From positions 49,600,001-49,664,000 of the forward strand of contig NC_083227.1 in NCBI RefSeq assembly GCF_032191835.1: 64,000 nucleotides of DNA, given 5' to 3'. Source of the stretch: Heteronotia binoei. Lineage: Eukaryota. Below, piece by piece: positions 50,119 to 62,110 of the stretch; the stretch's first letter is position 1, and each line of letters begins with the position of its first letter. Under the pieces are notes generated by a model. It saw only the letters and a list, made by a program, of their open reading frames with translations. It ran no database searches and was not told the origin of the DNA. The translations under genes were made by a program, and so were the position numbers.

Positions 50119-50480
50119 CAGTTGCCCATCCCACATAAATGGGCTTGGCTATCATTCTGGATAAGGTGGGGGTGGCCCACACTGGCTTGAAGTAGGCCTG
50201 ATGGGGTGATACAGGAAAAATAGCAGGACTGACTACTTACGCTTCATACTTGGATTCGCTATGCCCATACCGGTGATATAAATAGCACTCCCAGTAGTCT
50301 GAAGCTGTAACAACCCCGGCCTAAGGCCTGCTGTGCCTACATTCAGGCACTGAGGATGGGGCATACCTCTGTGGATGCCAAAAAGAGATGGTATTGTTGA
50401 AGTAAAAATAGAAGTGCCATAACGCCCCCCCCCCCTGGTTATTTTTAGCTTTGAAAGACTAATACAGACTTCCTCTGGAA

Positions 50481-50998
50481 CAGCAGTTCCCAACCTTTTT
50501 GGCACCAGGAACTGGTTTTGTAGAAGACAATTTTTCCAGGAACCAGGGTGGGGGGGGGGCAGTGGTTTCAAGATAATACAATTGTGCACTTTATTTCTAT
50601 TAGTTTGTTATAGTGGTTAAGTGTGCGGACTTCTATCTAGGAGGACCGGGTTTGATTCCCCACTCCTTCACTTGCAGCTGCTGGAATGACCTTGGGTTAG
50701 CCATAGCTCTTGCAGAGATGTCCTTAAAAGGGCAGCTTCTGGGAGAGCTCTCTCAGCCGCACCCATCCCACAGAGTGTCTGTTGTGGGGGAGGAAGGTAA
50801 AGGAGATTATGAGCCACTCTGAGACTCTGAAATTTGGAGTTGAGGGCAGGATATAAATCCAGTGTCTTGTTGTTGTTGTTGTTGTTATTGCTATTACTAC
50901 ATTGTAATATATAATGAAATAATTATACAATTCACGACCCAGTTGCTAACAAGTCATGGATTGGTACCAGTCCATTGCCTGGGGGTTGGGGACCCCTG
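50481..50998 (+). mobile_element. MER1A/Charlie-like hAT MITE carrying a SINE (50602-~50890), itself inserted in another SINE
   Basis: cagcagttcccaacc / ggttggggacccctg TIR; TSD ctctggaa / ctctggag (7/8); internal ttttggcaccagg..ctggtttt.tagaagacaatttttcca. Confidence 0.85.
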
Positions 50999-52579
50999 CT
51001 CTGGAGGAGACTCAAGTTCAAATTCCCACTCTGCCATGATGAAGCAGAGTGACACTGAGTCAATCACTCAATCTCAATCTAACCTGCCTTGTGGGTTTGT
51101 TGTGAGGCTAAAGTAAAGGAGGGGAGAGCTGTAGGAACTACCTTGAACTCCTTGGAGGAAGGGTAGGATAGAAAGGCAATTGATAGATAATAGTCGCAAG
51201 TTTCAACAGATCTGGGTCACCACAGAAAAGCTCTGCTCCAGTCCTTGGAAAGCTTTCAGAAGGGACTACTATAGCAGGCTGAGGGAACCAGGACTTCTCT
51301 GAAAGAGAGGGATCTACCTTGCACTGATTGGTCCATTCAGCTTCACTGCTGGAACCTTTCAGTGTTGCCACAGTCAGCAGAGGTTTTGTGCCAGTTGCCC
51401 AATGTTTGGAAGGGCCTCCTGGGTCACAAAATTGTAGCATGGCAGAGATGTGGTTAAAAATGGCAGAGTCACTCCGGCTGCCACTTGTGTGATGCAAAGG
51501 CTGGCACTGTTGCCTGCTGGTTCCTATTGTGATTGAAGTGTCTGCATTTAGTTTGAGTTTCTGCAATTACAGCTCTATGTGAAATATCACCTTCCCAGGT
51601 GTAACAGAGACGAGGGCTGGGTGTTAAAAAATACAGAAAGAGGGAGCCTTTTCAAGAACTCTACCAGCCTGAAACTGCTAGAGTAGCACCTCTGGAAATA
51701 AACAACCAAAAAAAAGGGCTCCTCCAAAGGCTCCTAAATTGCCAGCTGGCTTTTCTGCTGCAAAAACTTGGCTCCAGTTGAAATCAGGGAGAGATATGGA
51801 TCTGATTTCAACAACAGCTGCGTTTTGAAAGGATCCACAGAGCCTGGTAGAGAAGCTGCAAGGAAACCTACTTGTTACCGCTGAAGAGTTGGAGTGGGGG
51901 GGGGGGAGAGGGATTTTCTTCAGTGGAGTCACAGATGCAAACCAGGAACTGCTTCCTAAGTTCTCACCCCACCCTTCCCTGAGCAAGTCTGAAAGTGTAT
52001 TTACTGACCTCCCTGAATATCTAAGAGAGTAGTTGTCCACGTAGCATCCTGCTGAACACAGCTCTCTTTGCATCAAACTCCATTGCGCATTTGGATTTTT
52101 ATACAGAAGGGAAGCGACTAATCAACATGAATGTATTTCAAAACATGTCCTCCTGACTATTTGTTGCATCCTGCTTTCCTTCACTTACAACAGGCAATTG
52201 TGGGGAAACAGTGCACTTGGTTTGCCATATAGCATGCATTTTTCTGGCTTGCAAAGGATTTTAAAGCAAAGTCAGACCTTTTGGGTGTGTAAATTTCCAG
52301 CTGCTCATTTGTAACCGTTGGAGCTAAGTAAATGTTACTGGGTAGTTGCAGAAAGAATTTCCTAGAAAAAGCTAGATAATCTGTTGATGCCCCTGAACTC
52401 AAAAGTAAAAATCTCATCATGTAAAGGTTTGGCTGTAAAGCAGAGGCACCCACAGGGGGTGGGGGGGGGGAGTTTATAAGATGTGTGCTTATTATAAGGT
52501 TAACAATTTCAACACTTCCCTGTCAGAAAACATAACCTGTATGTGCATTATGCCCTGACCTAGATGGAACAGGTCAGTA

Positions 52580-52765
52580 GCCTGATCTCATTAGATCTTG
52601 GAAGCTAAGCAGGTGTGGTCTCTGGCTAGTATTTGGATGGCAGACCTTCAAGGAATACCAGGATCGTGACATAAAGGCAGGCAATGGCCAACCATCTCTG
52701 AACGTCTCTTGCCTTGAAAATCCTACACCGTAAATTGGCTGGGACTTGACGGGACTCTTCACCCC
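52580..52765 (+). mobile_element. 5S rRNA-derived SINE with Sauria/BovB-type tail
   Basis: gcctgatctcattagatcttggaagctaagcagg...tagtatttggatggcagacc...ggaataccagg matches the 3' two-thirds of vertebrate 5S rRNA (box A, IE, box C), followed by ggcaggcaatgg..aacc..ctctgaac..cttgccttgaaaa..cta. Confidence 0.8.
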
Positions 52766-54908
52766 CAGCAAGTGCATTATGCTACAGTGTGTGGGTGGGA
52801 GCTCATAGACTACTTAGGGTTTTCATACCAAGACTTCCTTCTGGATAAATAGGGGAAAGGAGCGTTTGGGGGAAAACACATTTTGATAAGAAGACATTCA
52901 TTGATCTCACTATGTTGGGGATTGGGGGAAAGGGTGTGAAGTAAGCCTAATGATTGAAAGCTCTTTGGACTAGGATTATCTCTGGCCAAACACATTGGGT
53001 CTGCTCAGCATATCTGTAGTAGACGTGGTGACACTTAAAAAAAAAAAGTGGTTCTAAAGCATGATTCCAAAGACACAATATGGAAAATAAAAACAAAACC
53101 AGATCTTAAACGCTCTGTTTAAAAAAAAAGAAAAAGAAAACCCTTCTGTTCTCCCCTTGCCACAGTTTTAGCATTTGTTTCAAGTCATCATTTCAAGGGC
53201 ATAGGCTGCTCTTAACACGAAACCTCCTGCTTGCAGACTTCTGGTATTCGGAATCTGTTTCTTCAGTGCCAATTGTGGCATGCACAGTAGCCAGTCAAAT
53301 TTACCATGTCAAACATAATGTGTTTTTTTTTCTCTCTCTCCGCATAAGTCAGTCTTGTAGAAAATGGGTAACTGAAGAGCAGGTCCAAAATCTGTAGTGA
53401 TTGCTGCTTATTGTCTCAGTTGCCACTTTGATACAGGTTTCCAAGACCACAAGAGAACATACTCAGCTGTGGAATCAACACTGACCGGAGCATCCCCATA
53501 AATTATCAAGGGACCCAAAGCTGAGTCAGAATACGCAGTGCAGGCACACAGGTCCATTTCCAATTAAGGAACTCAAGTTGCAGAGCTGGAAGAGACCATA
53601 GAAAATACTGGACTACCTAAGCAATATTTATAAGGTAGACTACCTTTGAATAAGGAAGTTTTATTTAGCTGATCTGCCTGCTGTTAACCCAGTGGGAAAC
53701 TATACTAAAGCCTCCTAAGAATAGACGTTTCAAACGTTGTTCAGCAAGCCGGTTTAGTTCTTTGAAGCATGCAACACGCAGGTACGCAAACACACACACA
53801 CAAGCACTTTCAGTGTGTTAAATGGCTCTGATGTTTCATATCAGCAGGTTAGAGATGATATTGCCAGACAGTACAGTTGTTCAAAAGCTGAAAGAAACTC
53901 TGGAAACCATGTGGCTCCCCTCCCCACCTCTCCCATCCACCCCGGGCTAGGCTGTCATTTTAAGCCTGAAGGAAGGATTCGCTGGGGCTGCCTGAAAAGG
54001 GCAATATTTGGGGGGGGGGGGGGTGCAGGGTCAGAATAAAACCCTCATCACTGGGGATGCAGAAGGCTGGGGCAGACATCTGCCTTGCCATGGAGTCTTG
54101 TGGTGCCCCCTTAGGTTAAAAAAATAAATCACTGATATTCGATGCAGAGTTGTGCCAACCTGAGCTATGTTGACGTCGATCCACACGCTGGAGTCACTGC
54201 ATTGGATTGCCATGTAAACTCACGGACAGACAGACATAATGTGTTTCTCTCTCTCTCTCTCTCTCTGGTTTCATCTCTTCCCTACTGAAGGGGCATTTTA
54301 TTATACAAGACTGGCGTCTCCACTCATTGGGAGCGGGAGTCCTTCCTTCTTTCTGGGATCCCCACCTTCCTTTCTCCTCCTCCCAGCTACTTTTTGAACC
54401 TTCGATGGTCGCCCAGGGCACATCCTCTCCAACCGCGGGCCTCTCCTCCCCCACCGACATCCAAGAGAGCAATCCTAAAGCCGGTCTCCTCCGGGCCCTG
54501 CCACTCTTCTGGGGCTGGGGCCGGGGGGAGGGGAGAATGCAGGGAACCCCTGCCCGAGCCCTTCCACCCCAGGGCCTGCTCCTCCTGCCGCTACTCCCTC
54601 GAAGCTGAGTTAGTGTGAGCTAGCTCACCGTTTCTAAGCCTCCGGCTCACACATTGTTGCCTTAGCTCACAAATGCCCCCAAAGCAAGCGGAATTACGCA
54701 GCAGCTGAATTCCTCGCGCACCACTTGAATGCCAGCAGCTCAGGAAGAAGAATTTTTGCTCACAAGACTCCACAGCTGAGAGTAGGGGTGACTCTCGAAG
54801 CTTCCACAGCCTTGTTTGTTGACTTGGAGAAGGCATTTCTCTCTTTAAATCACTTCTCTAAGCCAAGCCAGCCTGCAGCTTGGAGAATGCATTTAAAGTT
54901 AAAATTGC

Positions 54909-55063
54909 NNNNNNNNNNNNNNNNNNNNNNNNNNNNNNNNNNNNNNNNNNNNNNNNNNNNNNNNNNNNNNNNNNNNNNNNNNNNNNNNNNNNNNNNNNNN
55001 NNNNNNNNNNNNNNNNNNNNNNNNNNNNNNNNNNNNNNNNNNNNNNNNNNNNNNNNNNNNNNN
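54909..55063. other. Assembly gap (155 N)
   Basis: N run. Confidence 1.
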
Positions 55064-57011
55064 GAGGCTCTCAAACATCTGACATTGAATCTAGGTGGCT
55101 CTTAAGTTAAGCAAGTTTGGTCGTTCCTGGCTGAGAGGGAACCTTGACTCCTGCCCCCCTGGCTGGAAGGGCCCGCGGCGGCCGAGGGGGAAGGCGAAGC
55201 GGCGTCGCGGAGGCCTCCCTAGAGGCCGGGGCGGTGGGGCTTGGAGCCCTAGTTCAATGGGCCGCTTGGATTGAGCAGCACGCACCGGGGTCGGGGCGGT
55301 AATAATGTCGCCGGCGGAATCGGCATCGCCGTATTAAGGGCAGCTTTTTCTTCGAAGGGGAGGGAGGCAGCCGCCGAGGATCCGCCCGTGGAGTTCATGC
55401 GAGAGCTCTTGATTATCCATATTCTGATTTTCTTCTCTCTCTTTTTTTCCAAACAGAAATAAAAAAAGGGGGGGGGGGGAGAAGACGGGTTCTGGGCCCC
55501 GCTGGGGATGATTGGATGATTAATGTAATGCGGTTTGAAGGGTCTGTGTTTTCTCTCTTAATTTGGGTCATTACTCCGAAAGCAAGCGTGAGATCGTTTC
55601 ATTAGCGTTCAAGGGGTGGGGGGGGGGGTAGGAGAGAAAGAACGAAAAGGGAAAGAGACGGGGAGGGGGACAGTTGTTCAGGAAATGACTTAACTGCGCC
55701 TTAATTGAGGGACCCCCAAAAGGTGACACGTTAGGAGAGAAAGAGGCACGGCTGAAGCTTCCAGCTTCGAGCTTCAACACACGCTCTCTTTCTTTTTTTT
55801 AAAGTCTAATTTTGTATTTCTCTCTCCTCCCCCCCCCCCCCGCGTTCCCCTTCCAGGGATGGAAAGGAGCCACGACGGATGGGAAGCTGTCTCTGTGCTC
55901 ACCCGGAGAGGAGGGGACGGGGGGGGGGGGCGGGGAGGTAGGATTGGTGGTGGGTGTTGGTGGCAGACGCCCGGGGGGGGGGGGGAGACGGGAGGGAGGG
56001 AGGGAAGGAGGGGCGCGATTTGGCGTTTCTTCGCTGCCTTCCCTCGCCTGCCTGGCGGAGAGGGGAATTTCTGAATGTGGAAAGCAAAATTCATCGGGCG
56101 GTGCTGAGTATTCCCTCTCCAGTCCCTCAGCTGCGGGTTGCGGCTGAATCCCTTCGAAGGCCGTCTACAAACTCTGCGTCCGCCCCAGATCTTGGCCTTT
56201 AAAGCGCTTCTTTCCTTTTCCCCCATAGCCTTTCCTCGGCGGGACTGGGATCTGAACCGTATCCTAACCAGCCAGCCTGTCAAAGCTGAGGCTCTCGAAG
56301 CACCGTTGCTAGTCGGGCTGGGCGGTTTTTGTGCAGACCCAGAAGGTCATCCCAAGCCGGCGGATCCGATTCCAGGACGACCCCTCCCGCGTTTGCCGGG
56401 AAGGGCGTCCCCCCACCCCTCCCGTCTTTGAAATCCTTTCGCCGCTCCGCTTTCGTGGATCTCCAGCCCGAGCGCCGCCAGTCTGGTTCCCACTTCCCAG
56501 CGACTTCGCCTTCCCGCTCCGGAGCAGAGACCGGATTGGGGAGCTGCGCCTGGATCCCGATTAAACTTGACGCTGCTCGGCTCCCTGGCCGGATGGGGCG
56601 GAACTCACCCGCTGCGGTCCCGCCAACCAGACGACGGGCCGAGCTCTTGGCAGATCGACGGGGCTGGGCAGCAGAAATCGCCCGTCCGCTGGACGGCGGC
56701 GGCTGGGGGATATTACCTCGCAGCTCTCTCTGCTTCAAAGTCTGGCTATTAATGTTGGAACGAAAAAAAAAAAAACTCCTTTACATAATCATCTATAGAA
56801 AATACATAAATTATATTTCCAAACAAAAATAAGTTATATAAATCTATATAAAAATAAAAGTTGCATAAATCTATATAAAGTTATCTGTATATAAAGTTAT
56901 CTATCTATAAATTATCTATCTATATCTGTCTATCAATCATCTATCTATAAAGTGTTCTATCTATATATAAAGTTAGGGAAGTGGGAAATAAGACTCCTAT
57001 TAAATGACTTT

Positions 57012-57017
57012 TTTATT
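57012..57017 (-). terminator. Candidate FEZF2 polyadenylation signal AATAAA
   Basis: tttatt on + about 380 bp past the stop codon, followed on - by AT-rich sequence. Confidence 0.55.
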
Positions 57018-57395
57018 GCCTCATAGATGATATATTCCTTATCCGAGTGTACATTAAAATTTATATTTACAAGCATATATACATGATATTTTACACCCCC
57101 ACGCCCGTGTACAGAAGGCCTGCTTCTCTTGGCCCGCCCGGAGGCCCCTGGGAGAAAGGAGGCTCCAAGCCGCACCCAGCGCCAGGATTTTGGCCGGGCA
57201 GCATCGGCGCTTTAAATAAGTTTCCTTTGATATAGAGATTTCATTTATATCTTATATCTCTCTGTCTCTGTATATATATACACATACACATATCCACATA
57301 TCTATATTTGTGCAGAGGGCGGAGGCGGAGGCTCTTCGGAAGTTGGGGAGGGGAGGCGATGGTCCGGAGCGGGCAGCAGGAGGAGGCGCCGGTCC

Positions 57396-57661
57396 CTAGC
57401 TCTGCCCGGTGGTGCGCGGGAGCTCCTTGGCTGAGGGCGGCGGGGGGGCGGCGGGGGCGTCGTGGAGCTTCCGCACGTGCTTCTTCAAGTCAAAGTTCCG
57501 GCAGAAGCCCTTGCCGCACGTGAGGCAGGTGAAGGGCTTCTTGTCGTTGTGCGTGTGCATGTGGAAGGTCAGGTTGTAGATCTGGTGGAAGGCCTTGTTG
57601 CAGATGGTGCACTTGTACTGCTTCTCCCCGCTGTGCGTCAGCTTGTGGTTCTTGTAATTCC
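57396..57661 (-). CDS. FEZF2: FEZF2 last coding exon (zinc fingers 5-6, C-terminus ...[24 protein letters not shown])
   Basis: [46 protein letters not shown]; tag acceptor at 57664-57662; TAG stop 57398-57396. Confidence 0.96.
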
Positions 57662-59046
57662 CTACCGCCGACAGAGAAAGCAAGGGAGGTTAGGGTTTTT
57701 TTTAAAAAAATTATATGCATGTGCCAACTGAGCCGCCATCTAAAACTATCTATGATTGAATTGTCTTTTGTTTTATTCACATGTTTTAAATGTTATTCAT
57801 ATTGTTTTTAGAATGTTTGTTATCCGCCCTGAGCCCTTCTTGGGATAGGGCGGACTATAACTGAGCTTAAATAACGAAATACTTTAAAAAAAAAAAACCC
57901 TGGATGGATGTTTCTCTCTCAACCATCACTTCGACTCCCCCTCCCACCCACCCACCCCGATCCTTTCTCCCCAAATCTAGGGCTTCCCTCCACTTCTTCC
58001 TTTATTCCCCCCCCCTTTTCTTTCTTCTCATAAGGAAACAATATTTCCCGCGGGAGCCGAGCTGTGTCTGTGGCAAGACTTCATTAAGGAAGTGTCCTGC
58101 AAGGACAGTCAAGAAGTTGTCAAACTTGGTCTGCGTCAAGGCCCCAGCGCCCTGCAACCGGCGAATTAAAAAATTAGACGCCGGGTCAGCGTCCTGACCC
58201 GGAGCAAATGGGAGAACCTGGATTAGGACCAGGAAAAAAAAAAGAAGAAGGGCGGGGAGAAAGGGCGTGCGTAGGGAGGGCGGGAGGGGGAGAGACAGGG
58301 CGACGACACTTCCGAATGTAAAACCGCCTTCCGTTGAAAAACCGCGAGGAATTTTGGGGGCGACCCCCCAGGAGGGGAAAGTCGTTGGCAAACTGGATTT
58401 CTCCCACCACCGTCGCCAAAGCCGTGATATAAAAGGGATCGACTCAAAGTTTCGGCTTTGAAGAGCTGTTCTTTGAAAAGCAGAGAGCGAAGCAGGCACT
58501 TCCACGGCGACTGGCTTGGGCCGGATCGTGCCCTTGGATGGCATCGCCGTTAATGCCGAGTGACGGCTTTGACTTTGAGTTAGTCTTTCGTTGCCGCCTT
58601 AGGGCAAGCCCCCCCCAGGCATTTGGAGGGATGAGAAGGGGGGGGGGTGTCTCCTACTAGCAAGCTCGGAAGCACGCCGCCCAGAGAGCCGGCGCTCCTT
58701 CCAGGCAAGGCCGAAGAACGGTGGAACCTTCGCAACGTTCCTTTTGGAACCTTCGCAACGTTCCTTTTTGGAACGTTCCGCTCAGCCTGGAGCCGAAATT
58801 GACCAGACTTGCTTTAAAAACCATGGGAAATTTTCCTCCCCGTTACAGCGGCGTCATTTTGTTTTTCGGAAGCCTCGGTTCCAATAAATCATTGTCTTCT
58901 TTTTATTTTCAAAAATACACGTCGCTAATAAAACCTGACACCCCCCGCCCGGGGGAAATCGATAAAGTTTAACAGTAGCAGCAGTCGCAACAAATCTCTC
59001 TCAATTTTCCTCCCGGAGTGGGAGAAGACCATCCAGCATCAAATCA

Positions 59047-59214
<168 letters not shown>

Positions 59215-59410
59215 CTACGGCGGAGAGAGGACATTTTAAAGACCAGGGGGGAAAGAACGGGCAGGAAACTTTCTTCTCCACCCCCCCTCCCCCGCCCCGA
59301 CTTGCGCTTTACAGGCCGGAGCCGAAAAAGCGTCGGCTTCCGGCTAGTTTTTTTGGGAGGATGGAGGGGACAAAACAAAAGGCGAATCGGTCGCTTGGAA
59401 GCTGACCTAC

Positions 59411-59544
59411 CTGCGTGTGGATGATTTTGTGTCTACAGAGGGTGCTGGCCTGGCGGAAGCCTTTCCACAAACTTTGCACACGAACGGCCTGGCGCCCGTG
59501 TGAACTGGCATGTGGCGCGTAAGGTTGTAATGGGCATTGAAGAC
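59411..59544 (-). CDS. FEZF2: FEZF2 coding exon 2 ([45 protein letters not shown]), one base missing at ~59462
   Basis: cag acceptor, gtaggt donor; 134 bp where 135 is needed; ORF track shows the peptide split over two frames. Confidence 0.94.
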
Positions 59545-59667
59545 CTGCGAGGAAACACAACGCAGGCAAGGCGCTTTCAGCCCCCCGGGGAAAGGGGTTT
59601 CCTCTTCTTCTTCCACCAGCCCGGGGGACTGCAGAACAGGAACCCAGAGCGAGAGGCAGGAAACTAG

Positions 59668-59818
59668 GGGTGCTTTCACACATGCTACATAATGCAGTTT
59701 CAATCCACTTCAGCGACCATATGCAAGTGGATTCTGCAATTTCACACAGTAAAATCCAATTGCAAAGTGCATTGGAAGTGGATTGGAAGTGCATTATTTC
59801 GTGTGTGTGAAAGCACCC
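59668..59818. mobile_element. PIF/Harbinger-type palindromic MITE in a FEZF2 intron
   Basis: 14-bp TIR gggtgctttcacac / gtgtgaaagcaccc; 3-bp TSD tag. Confidence 0.8.
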
Positions 59819-60469
59819 TAGATTTCGTTCTGGGGGGGGAGGGAAAGGCCGCAGGGAAACCTTGGGCGACCTGGAAGGACCCCTGCATTCGAATCTTGCT
59901 CTGCTGGGCGCCAGTTGATTTTCCTTTTCTTTACAGCCCCGCCTCAGTTTCCGTTCCCCTTGTTAAAACTAGAATCGGGCTCCTTTCCTTAGCATTACCA
60001 AGTATCAGGCGCTCTGCAGAGAGCGGAAGCTTCTTCGTTCAGCCTCTTGCCAGATGGCTCAGGCTGTACCTTCGCCAGGCATTTCCCGCGACTGTGGCGA
60101 CCGAGGAATCCCCGGTTCAGGTCCAAGTTCTGCCCCGGAACTCCCCGAAAAGCGTTTGGCAGGCCTCGCCCTTTCTGCACCCCTCCTTTCACAGGGGACC
60201 GTGCCCACCCGAAGCCCACTGACTCGGGAGGGCGCGCTCGCCTTAGGATCGCCCTGGAAAGAGACTCCGGAGGCCTCCAAGACCAATCCCTGAGTGCACC
60301 GGGAACCCCCCTCCCGCCGTGTCCCGGGAGACAAACACTTTTGCGAAGGGAGGGGGTGGAGAGAGCGTTCCTCACCCCCCCCCCCACCTGGGATCCCACT
60401 GGGGCCAAGCGGGCGCCCTCTAGCGCATCTCTGCCCCCCCTCCCCAGTCCCGGCTGGCGGCCTCCCTAC

Positions 60470-61346
60470 CTTGCCGCACACTTCGCAGGTGAAGTTCTTG
60501 GGCTTGCCGTCGGCCGAGGCGCCCGCCGCCTCCTCCTCCGGCGCTGGCGCCCAGCTTGGCGTGCTGCCCCTTGAGGCCGTTCCCTGTCGGCTGCGGCCGT
60601 GTTCTCCTTCATGACCTGGTCGAGCTGGCCGGGCAGGCGCTCCTTGTGGGGGTACTGGGCGTTGGGGAACTTGTCCGACGGCGGCGGCGGCGGGGGCGGC
60701 AGCGGCGGGGCCAGGCCGGCCAGCTTGGCGTTCTCCAGCAGGAAGAGCTTCTGGTGAGCCGAGAGGGCGGCGGCGGGCGAGTGGAGCAGGCTGGAGGGAA
60801 AGAGGTGGCCAGGCAAGAGCTCCGACGGGTGGTATGAGGCCGACTCCAGGTAGTTGAAGTAGTAGAGGCCGGCGGCGGCGGGCGGGGGGCATGGCCTGAG
60901 GCTTGATCACCCGCGTCGGGCCCGCCGGGGCCAGGGGCGGCGGCGGCAGCTCGCCTCCTTTGCAGCATACGCCGCAGTTGGCTTTGCAGAAGGCCGCCGC
61001 CGCCGCCGTCGAGCAGTGGCGCAGGCTGGTCTTCCAGAGCTCGGAGTAGCTGCTGAGGAGGGTCTTGGCGGGGCGCCTCATAGCCGGCCAGGGGCTGGAG
61101 GGGGATCACGCAGGGGATGGGCGAGCACAGGCCCAGCAGCTTCTTGTGGGGCGAGTCGCTGCGCCGGGCGGCTTCGAAGGCGGCGGCGGCGGGCTTGTGG
61201 GGCGGCGGCGGCGGGGGCAGCGACGGCTCGGAGCCCTTGGCCATGATGCGCTCGATGGAGAAGGCCAGCGTCTTGGACGGGTTGGCGGCTCCGTTGCGGA
61301 CGCAGGGCGAAGGCATGACAGTCTCCAGCGACGCCGACGAGGCCAT
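60470..61346 (-). CDS. FEZF2: FEZF2 first coding exon (eh1 motif LAFSIERIM to first zinc finger), four apparent +1 frameshifts
   Basis: [78 protein letters not shown]|gtaggg; 877 bp. Confidence 0.93.
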
Positions 61347-61933
61347 TCTCTGGGGCGGGAGGCAGAAAAGACAGCCGGGCTTGAGATGAGCAGCCAGACC
61401 TCGCCCATGCAAACAGATCACAGAGGAACGGCAACAAGACATAGAGACATTTTTGCAAAATAAAATAAGAAAAATAACAATACAAGAAAAAGCTTTAGAA
61501 GGGAGTCAGGCGCTGCTTGGTCCTGCGGCTCAGCATTCCCGAAAAGCCAGGAGACAAATCAATTTAATAAGCACCTCTCCCTTCTCCCCCCACCCCCCCG
61601 CCCCAACATCTCCTCCCCCCATTTACATTCAAATGAACACAGGCGAAGAAGGAGAAGGAGAAGAAGTGCGCCCGGGGAGAGCAGATTGCGACTCATTACG
61701 CAGAGCGCGGCGGAAAGTAACAGACCAACTCGCGCAAAAGAGCTGCTGGAGCTGGGCGGGGGGGGGGGGGAGGCAGAGAGAAAGGCGGCGGGGGGGAGAA
61801 AGGCGGAGAGGGGGCAACCCCCACCCCGCCCCCCTCTTTCTTTCTCTCGGGCCCTCGCGGGTTCTGGTGGGCGGGAAGGCGAGGCGTTGGGGGGGGGCGC
61901 AGAAGAAAAGCCCGGCCCGGGACCAGAGTTTAC

Positions 61934-62110
61934 CTTTGCCCACCACCGCGGCGGAGACGCCCTCTGAAGGCCCAGCCGTGCGGTGGCCACACTGTCAGAT
62001 TGGGATAACCAACATCTTCCCGAGCGTCAGATCGCTGTCGCTTACATTTAAAGCTGACATCACATGAAGTCACTTGGAGCAGAATGACATGGGATTTTGG
62101 CCACCGTGGA
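61934..62110 (-). promoter_or_regulatory. Candidate FEZF2 non-coding first exon and core promoter
   Basis: On minus: non-repetitive block catgtcattctgctccaagtgacttcatgtgatgtcagctttaaatgtaagc with TATA-like tttaaat, then aag|gtaaac donor at 61934/61933; acceptor ccgccccag 3 nt before the ATG. Confidence 0.5.
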
